A stretch of 64,000 bases of DNA from NCBI GenBank assembly GCA_044226015.1, contig JBGAHS010000001.1:1248001-1312000 (forward strand), given 5' to 3'. Under the pieces are notes generated by a model. The model saw only the letters and a list, made by a program, of their open reading frames with translations, had not been told where the DNA came from and searched no databases. This DNA is from Candidatus Obscuribacteraceae bacterium (GTDB taxonomy: Bacteria > Cyanobacteriota > Vampirovibrionia > Obscuribacterales > Obscuribacteraceae). Each line of letters starts with the position of its first letter. The stretch's first letter is position 1. The position numbers and the translations under genes were made by a program. Of this stretch, positions 58,874-64,000 are shown one piece after another.

Positions 58874-61800
58874 ATGGCCAACGATAAAAAGGTACCTTTC
58901 GAGTTCATCAACACCACAGTCGATAAAAAGCGACTTGGTTCGTTGCTCTCGGAAATTTATGAGAAGTATGGAACATCCATCTCTTCTGAACTCGCTAACA
59001 ATCTGAAAGACCTGGGTTTCAAATTCGCCACCAAAGCTGGCGTTACGATTTCCATCGACGACCTTGATGTTCCCGCGACAAAGCGTGACCTCATCTCGAG
59101 CGCAGAAAGAGAAATCGATGAAGCTCACCGCAGATATGAACGCGGAGAAATTACAGAAGTAGAACGCTACAACAAGGTAATCGACACCTGGTCCGCTACT
59201 ACAGATGCGTTGACCAGAGAAGTAGTCGATAACTTTGACCGTTTGAACCCTGTATACATGATGGCGTTCTCTGGCGCTAGAGGTAACATCTCTCAGGTTC
59301 GTCAGTTGGTTGGTATGCGCGGACTCATGGCTGACTCTCAAGGTCAGATCATCGACTTGCCGATTAAAGCAAACTTCCGCGAAGGCTTGAGCGTTACTGA
59401 GTACATCATCTCCAGTTACGGAGCAAGAAAAGGTCTGGTAGACACAGCGCTTAAGACAGCTGACTCTGGATACCTCACCCGCCGTCTCGTAGACGTTGCT
59501 CAAGACGTAATCATTCGCGACCTCGATTGCGGCACCAAGCGCGGTATCATGATGCGCGCTATCGCAGAAGGCGAAAAGGTATTCGTTAAACTTGAAGAGC
59601 GCCTTCGTGGACGCTTCCTGACAGAAGACCTTGTTGATCCTGAAACAGGCGAACTGATTCATTCACACAAGGTGCTTATTGATCGTGCCTCAGGTGCGAA
59701 GATTGGTAAGACCGGGTTGAAAGAACTGAAGGTTCGTTCTCCATTGCAATGCGAAAGCCAATACGGCGTTTGCCAGAGATGCTACGGACACTCGCTGACC
59801 ACCAATAGACTCGTCGACACCGGCGAAGCTATCGGTATCATCGCAGCGCAATCAATCGGGGAACCCGGAACACAGCTAACCATGAGAACGTTCCACACCG
59901 GCGGCGCGGTTGCTGGCGGCGGTGGTCGTACTCAGGTTAAGGCACCATCTGCAGGTACAGTTTCCTTCAAGATTCAATCTCGTCAACACCGCACCAATTA
60001 CGGTGACGTTGTGGATCAGACAACTCGTGATGGTGTAATTACATTCTCAGGAAAGAAAGAAACATCCTTCAATGTTCCGGTAGGTACATTGTTGTACGTG
60101 AAGAACGGACAGGAAGTTGAAGCTGGTAAGGTTCTAGCTGAATTCGATCCACCAGGTCAGAAGAAAGCCCTCACAGAAAGAGCAACAAAAGATATCACCG
60201 CGAACATCTCAGGTCGTATCAGCTTCCAGGGCTTCCAGGCAGACGAAAAACGCGACCGTCAAGGTAACATCTCCAGAACGGCTAACCGTCCTGGTATCAT
60301 CTGGGTACTTGAAGGTGACGTATACAACTTGCCTTCAGGTTCGCACGTCGTAGTTAAAGACGGTCAGGAAGTGACCGCCGGCGACGTTCTGGCTGAAATC
60401 ACAATCACCACTGAGCACGGCGGGGAAGTTCGCTTCGGTGCTGACATGGAGACCGAGCAAGTTAAGAAGGGCAAGCATACCCTCACCAAACTTGTTAAAG
60501 GTAAGGAAGTAAACGTTGTAATCGCTTCAGTTGGTGCTGCCAACGCTAAGCTCGAAACTTCGAAGCAAGGCGCTTCGTGGAAAGTCGCGAAGAACAAAGA
60601 AGCTTACACCATCAAAGTGGTTAACGAAGAGCAAGTCGAAAACGGCAAAATCATCGCTGAACTCGTTGATGACGGTATCAACAGCGTCACCAGCGGTGGT
60701 GAAATCATTTATGATGGCGTCGAAACTGACGACCGTCGTGTGGTCACAAAAGCCGGTAAAGTTCTCTTCGTTCCTGAAGAAACACACTTCATCTCTAAAG
60801 ACGCAAGCTTGAAGATGAGTGAAACCGGTGAAGTCGTAAGTGCCGGTCAGGAAGTCGTCAAAGACGTATTCGCACACATGGAAGGTGTGATTGAAATCGT
60901 CGCTGATAACGACATCATTCATGAAGTCATCATTCGTCCAGCAGATGTGTTCACTCTCGAAAACATCGATGACCTCAAGGTTCGCGAAGGTGAATTGATT
61001 GAGCCAGGCACAGAAGTGTTGCCTAACGTCAAATTCGAAGACCGTCGCGTAGTTTCCTTGATGGAGAAAGAAGATGGTTCCACCCTGGTTCTTGTAAGAC
61101 CAGTTCAGGAATACTTCATCGAGCCACGCGAAGTGAAGTTCAAAGCCCGCAGCTCTGACGAGAAAATTGGTTTGCGTCCAGTAACACAGTTGCTCTTCCG
61201 TGACCGTGAAAAAGTCAGACATCTGCAAGGCGCTCAGCTGACCAGAACAAGTCTAGTTCTGCAGTTGATGGGTCAACTTCAGCAGCTCAAGGGACTTGTT
61301 GAAATCGGCGAAGAAGATATGAACATCGTTGTTCAAGAAAACATTCTGCTACGTCGTGACAGCGACCTTAACGTCACATTGCTCTCAGTAGTTCCTGGTG
61401 AAATCATTCCAGCTGGTGCACCTGTTGCCACCACGCAGGTACTGACCAAGGACGCTGCTCGTGTGCAGTTGTCCAAGGCTGACGAACGCCGCTTGCTGTT
61501 GATCACTGAAGAACAACAGTTCGTCCAGAAGATCAAGGGCGCTGCCTCGGTCAAGGAAGGAGATCTCGTTCGCGCCGGCGATCCGCTGTCGAAGTCGAGT
61601 GAGTCTGGATTGTCTGGACAGATCGTGAAGATCGAAACTGGCGAAGTCGTTGTTCGTCGTGGTCGCCCATACCTCATCGCTGCTAATACACAATTGCAGT
61701 GCGACGACGGCAATCTGGTACAGCGCGGTGACTTGCTAGCAACTCTGGTTTATGAACGTCAGAAAACCGGAGACATCGTACAGGGTCTTCCAAGGGTTGA

Positions 61801-62545
61801 AGAACTTCTCGAAGCTCGTAAACCGAAAGAAAACGCTGTGCTTGCTGAAAGAGGCGGCAGAGCCAAAGTCGTCACCGAAGACGATCAACATCGCCTTTAT
61901 ATGGTCTACAGCGAAAACATCGAAGAAGAAATCATCATTCCAGCTGGACTCAACATCATCGTTGAAGATGGCGAGGATATCGAGAAGGGCAAATCTCTTA
62001 CTGATGGACCACCGAACCCACACGACATCGTTCGCTTGATGGGCATCGGCGCAGTTCAGAAGTACCTCGTAGATGAAGTTCAGGCGGTTTACCGCTCACA
62101 AGGTGTGGAAATCGCTGACAAACACATCGAAGTAATCGTTCGTCAGATGACCAGAAAAGTTCGTGTTGATGATCCAGGCGATACAATTCTGCTTCCAGGT
62201 GAATTGCTTGAGCGTTACACCGCTGATAAGGAAAACGAAAAAGCAAATCAAGCCGGCATGCGCGCGTCACGATGTGATGATGTTCTGCTCGGTATCACCA
62301 AGGCAAGCTTGAACACCGAATCTTTCATCTCTGCTGCATCCTTCCAGGAAACAACAAGAATTCTCACGGAAGCTGCAGTCGAAGGAAAGAAAGACTGGTT
62401 GCGCGGCTTGAAGGAAAACGTGATCATCGGAAGATTGATTCCAGCTGGAACAGGTTTCCCTGGACACAGCTCGTTGCCTGAAGAAGAAGAGCAAGAAGAG
62501 GAAATCTATCCTCCAATCGGCGAAGGCAGTTTCACAACTCCTTAG
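58874..62545 (+). CDS. rpoC2: RNA polymerase beta-prime C-terminal subunit with a large SI3 insertion
   Basis: TADSGYLTRRL, GEPGTQLTMRTFH, long insertion, DIVQGLPRVEEL. Confidence 0.98.
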   Translation: MANDKKVPFEFINTTVDKKRLGSLLSEIYEKYGTSISSELANNLKDLGFKFATKAGVTISIDDLDVPATKRDLISSAEREIDEAHRRYERGEITEVERYNKVIDTWSATTDALTREVVDNFDRLNPVYMMAFSGARGNISQVRQLVGMRGLMADSQGQIIDLPIKANFREGLSVTEYIISSYGARKGLVDTALKTADSGYLTRRLVDVAQDVIIRDLDCGTKRGIMMRAIAEGEKVFVKLEERLRGRFLTEDLVDPETGELIHSHKVLIDRASGAKIGKTGLKELKVRSPLQCESQYGVCQRCYGHSLTTNRLVDTGEAIGIIAAQSIGEPGTQLTMRTFHTGGAVAGGGGRTQVKAPSAGTVSFKIQSRQHRTNYGDVVDQTTRDGVITFSGKKETSFNVPVGTLLYVKNGQEVEAGKVLAEFDPPGQKKALTERATKDITANISGRISFQGFQADEKRDRQGNISRTANRPGIIWVLEGDVYNLPSGSHVVVKDGQEVTAGDVLAEITITTEHGGEVRFGADMETEQVKKGKHTLTKLVKGKEVNVVIASVGAANAKLETSKQGASWKVAKNKEAYTIKVVNEEQVENGKIIAELVDDGINSVTSGGEIIYDGVETDDRRVVTKAGKVLFVPEETHFISKDASLKMSETGEVVSAGQEVVKDVFAHMEGVIEIVADNDIIHEVIIRPADVFTLENIDDLKVREGELIEPGTEVLPNVKFEDRRVVSLMEKEDGSTLVLVRPVQEYFIEPREVKFKARSSDEKIGLRPVTQLLFRDREKVRHLQGAQLTRTSLVLQLMGQLQQLKGLVEIGEEDMNIVVQENILLRRDSDLNVTLLSVVPGEIIPAGAPVATTQVLTKDAARVQLSKADERRLLLITEEQQFVQKIKGAASVKEGDLVRAGDPLSKSSESGLSGQIVKIETGEVVVRRGRPYLIAANTQLQCDDGNLVQRGDLLATLVYERQKTGDIVQGLPRVEELLEARKPKENAVLAERGGRAKVVTEDDQHRLYMVYSENIEEEIIIPAGLNIIVEDGEDIEKGKSLTDGPPNPHDIVRLMGIGAVQKYLVDEVQAVYRSQGVEIADKHIEVIVRQMTRKVRVDDPGDTILLPGELLERYTADKENEKANQAGMRASRCDDVLLGITKASLNTESFISAASFQETTRILTEAAVEGKKDWLRGLKENVIIGRLIPAGTGFPGHSSLPEEEEQEEEIYPPIGEGSFTTP

Positions 62546-62569
62546 TTCTATTCAAGTAAATAGACTTCT

Positions 62570-62595
62570 GAAAGCCCGCTGAAAAGCGGGCTTTC
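62570..62595. terminator. Intrinsic terminator after rpoC2
   Basis: GAAAGCCCGCT-GAAA-AGCGGGCTTTC. Confidence 0.85.
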
Positions 62596-62721
62596 TCATT
62601 TCCCCAAGTTTGCTTCTAAGCTTTCCAGATTTAGTTTGCTCTGGGACGATAGACATAGATTTGCCAGAGCGTTTCGTCTATCGCTTCTGCCCAAAATTGA
62701 AGACCTCGAGCGTGCCAAATA

Positions 62722-62940
62722 TCAAATAAGGGATTCCTGAATCTTCATGAGTAGTGTTCGAAGAGGCATATCTAGCATGGTGGCAAGTCTTCGTAGTGTT
62801 ATCTGCGGTGGCATGACTTTTCGAAGCAGAGCTGACCTCAACCTGGCGAAATCATGCGGATTCAGCCCGATTATGAACTCTAAGATGTCCGGATTTTGGT
62901 CTAGGACTGCGCTAAGCCTGGTATCACCGTTCATTTTCAA
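62722..62940 (-). CDS. DUF1858-like small protein
   Basis: MNGDTRLSAVLDQNP..ITLRRLA. Confidence 0.6.
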   Translation of the reverse strand: MKMNGDTRLSAVLDQNPDILEFIIGLNPHDFARLRSALLRKVMPPQITLRRLATMLDMPLRTLLMKIQESLI

Positions 62941-62949
62941 ATCTCCGTG

Positions 62950-63159
62950 CTATTGAGCTGCTACGTATTCACGCAGGTCGTTTATTAGAGAGTCGAGGTC
63001 ATCAATGTGGCACATGCTGTCGCAAACTGCTAGCTCTGTGTCTAGTATGCTCTCATCACACTCTTGTTCTATGTATACTCCGTGCTTTTCGAATATTTTC
63101 GGGGCGTCTGGAAACGCATCGAGAATGCTTTTCACGGTTGTTTCAATTGTTATGTCCAT
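62950..63159 (-). CDS. DUF1858/ScdA-N-like small protein
   Basis: TTVKSILDAFPDAPKIFEKHG..C..C..DLDSLINDL. Confidence 0.65.
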   Translation of the reverse strand: MDITIETTVKSILDAFPDAPKIFEKHGVYIEQECDESILDTELAVCDSMCHIDDLDSLINDLREYVAAQ

Positions 63160-63227
63160 GATTTATCACTCCTTTGTTTTGTTGAGCACTGAACTTTGCT
63201 GATGGCTGTTTGAAGCCATGCTCTGCC

Positions 63228-63446
63228 TCATGCAGCTGTTGTAAAAGTAGACGAACTTAAGAACTTTGTTTTCTCGCAGATGGAGTCATATTTCACGCAG
63301 TTGCAGGGCTGAAAAAATGCCTTTTCTGCAGAACATGACGGACAGACCCAAGCTTCAGGCAACTCATCCAGTGAGTTCGAGGATGCTGATGGCCTCGCGG
63401 TTTTGGACTCATGAATGTAATTACACAATGTGCATATGTACCTCAT
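63228..63446 (-). CDS. Rubredoxin
   Basis: YICTLCNY...LPEAWVCPSC; AGGAGG RBS. Confidence 0.85.
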   Translation of the reverse strand: MRYICTLCNYIHESKTARPSASSNSLDELPEAWVCPSCSAEKAFFQPCNCVKYDSICEKTKFLSSSTFTTAA

Positions 63447-63472
63447 GGTAGACCTCCTTTTGAATTAACGAG

Positions 63473-63494
63473 TTATGGACCTATATATCCATAA
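63473..63494. promoter_or_regulatory. Candidate Rrf2 operator
   Basis: TTATGGA-N8-TCCATAA in the divergent promoter region. Confidence 0.45.
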
Positions 63495-63577
63495 TACACC
63501 GGTTCTGAATTATGTCAATGCCGCAAAGCCTTATTTGATGGTATTCTGTATATAAAGGTAGATTTATTGGTAATTTT

Positions 63578-64000
63578 ATGTTGTCTCAAACAGCCGAATA
63601 TGCACTGCGGGCTATGGTTTATTTGTCTATGAAAGGTACGGCGGCAACCGGAAATGAAATTGCTGCGGCAACACGGGTTCCGGCAGGTTACCTACTCAAA
63701 CTTCTGAACTTGCTTGTAAGAGCCAAACTGCTCCAGTCTCAACGGGGCTTAGGTGGTGGTTTTGTCCTGGCCGTCCCAATGGAAGACGTTTCTCTGTTGG
63801 ACGTAATAGATGCGGTGGACCCTATCGAAGTGATTAAGACTTGCCCCCTGGGCATTGAGTCTCATGGATGCAATTTGTGCCCACTGCATCGGCGCTTATC
63901 AAAATCGATTTCAGACGTTAAAGAGAGCCTCGCCAGTGAGAAACTGAGTGAGCTTGTTAAAGAGGCAAAAAGCCCTGACTGCCAGAGTGTTCCTTTGACA
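63578..64000 (+). CDS. Rrf2-family regulator (runs off the window edge)
   Basis: Own translation MLSQTAEYALRAMVYL...SQRGLGGGFVLA...CPLG..LCPLH. Confidence 0.9.
   Translation, partial: MLSQTAEYALRAMVYLSMKGTAATGNEIAAATRVPAGYLLKLLNLLVRAKLLQSQRGLGGGFVLAVPMEDVSLLDVIDAVDPIEVIKTCPLGIESHGCNLCPLHRRLSKSISDVKESLASEKLSELVKEAKSPDCQSVPLT

Overview
The window has two parts. Bases ~41.7-64 kb are core chromosome: an M16 peptidase, a NupC transporter, a class A PBP, xerC, tRNA-Sec, rpoB-rpoC1-rpoC2 and an Rrf2/rubredoxin/DUF1858 cluster. The split rpoC points to Cyanobacteriota, and a non-photosynthetic Vampirovibrionia/Melainabacteria host is my inference. Bases 1-41.3 kb are a large RHS polymorphic-toxin locus: one long, apparently 5'-truncated RHS gene plus 12 orphan C-terminal cassettes with partner genes. 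Nine cassettes lie on the - strand to its left and three on the + strand to its right. Eleven orphans begin at the same point, and 12 of 13 sites share an invariant 18-bp core (CACCCAATTTTCGTATGA) even where the downstream RHS DNA is divergent. Four decayed 5' fragments of a FimB/FimE-like tyrosine recombinase sit upstream of four sites, and a 451-bp inverted repeat brackets the main gene. Together these suggest a site-specific, shufflon-like toxin-tip switching system (inference; no intact dedicated recombinase is in the window). The island also holds an RIT element inserted in an IS21 transposase, an intact IS66, a group II intron RT fragment and two decayed toxin-antitoxin pairs. All family calls come from motif recognition by eye; no database search was run.
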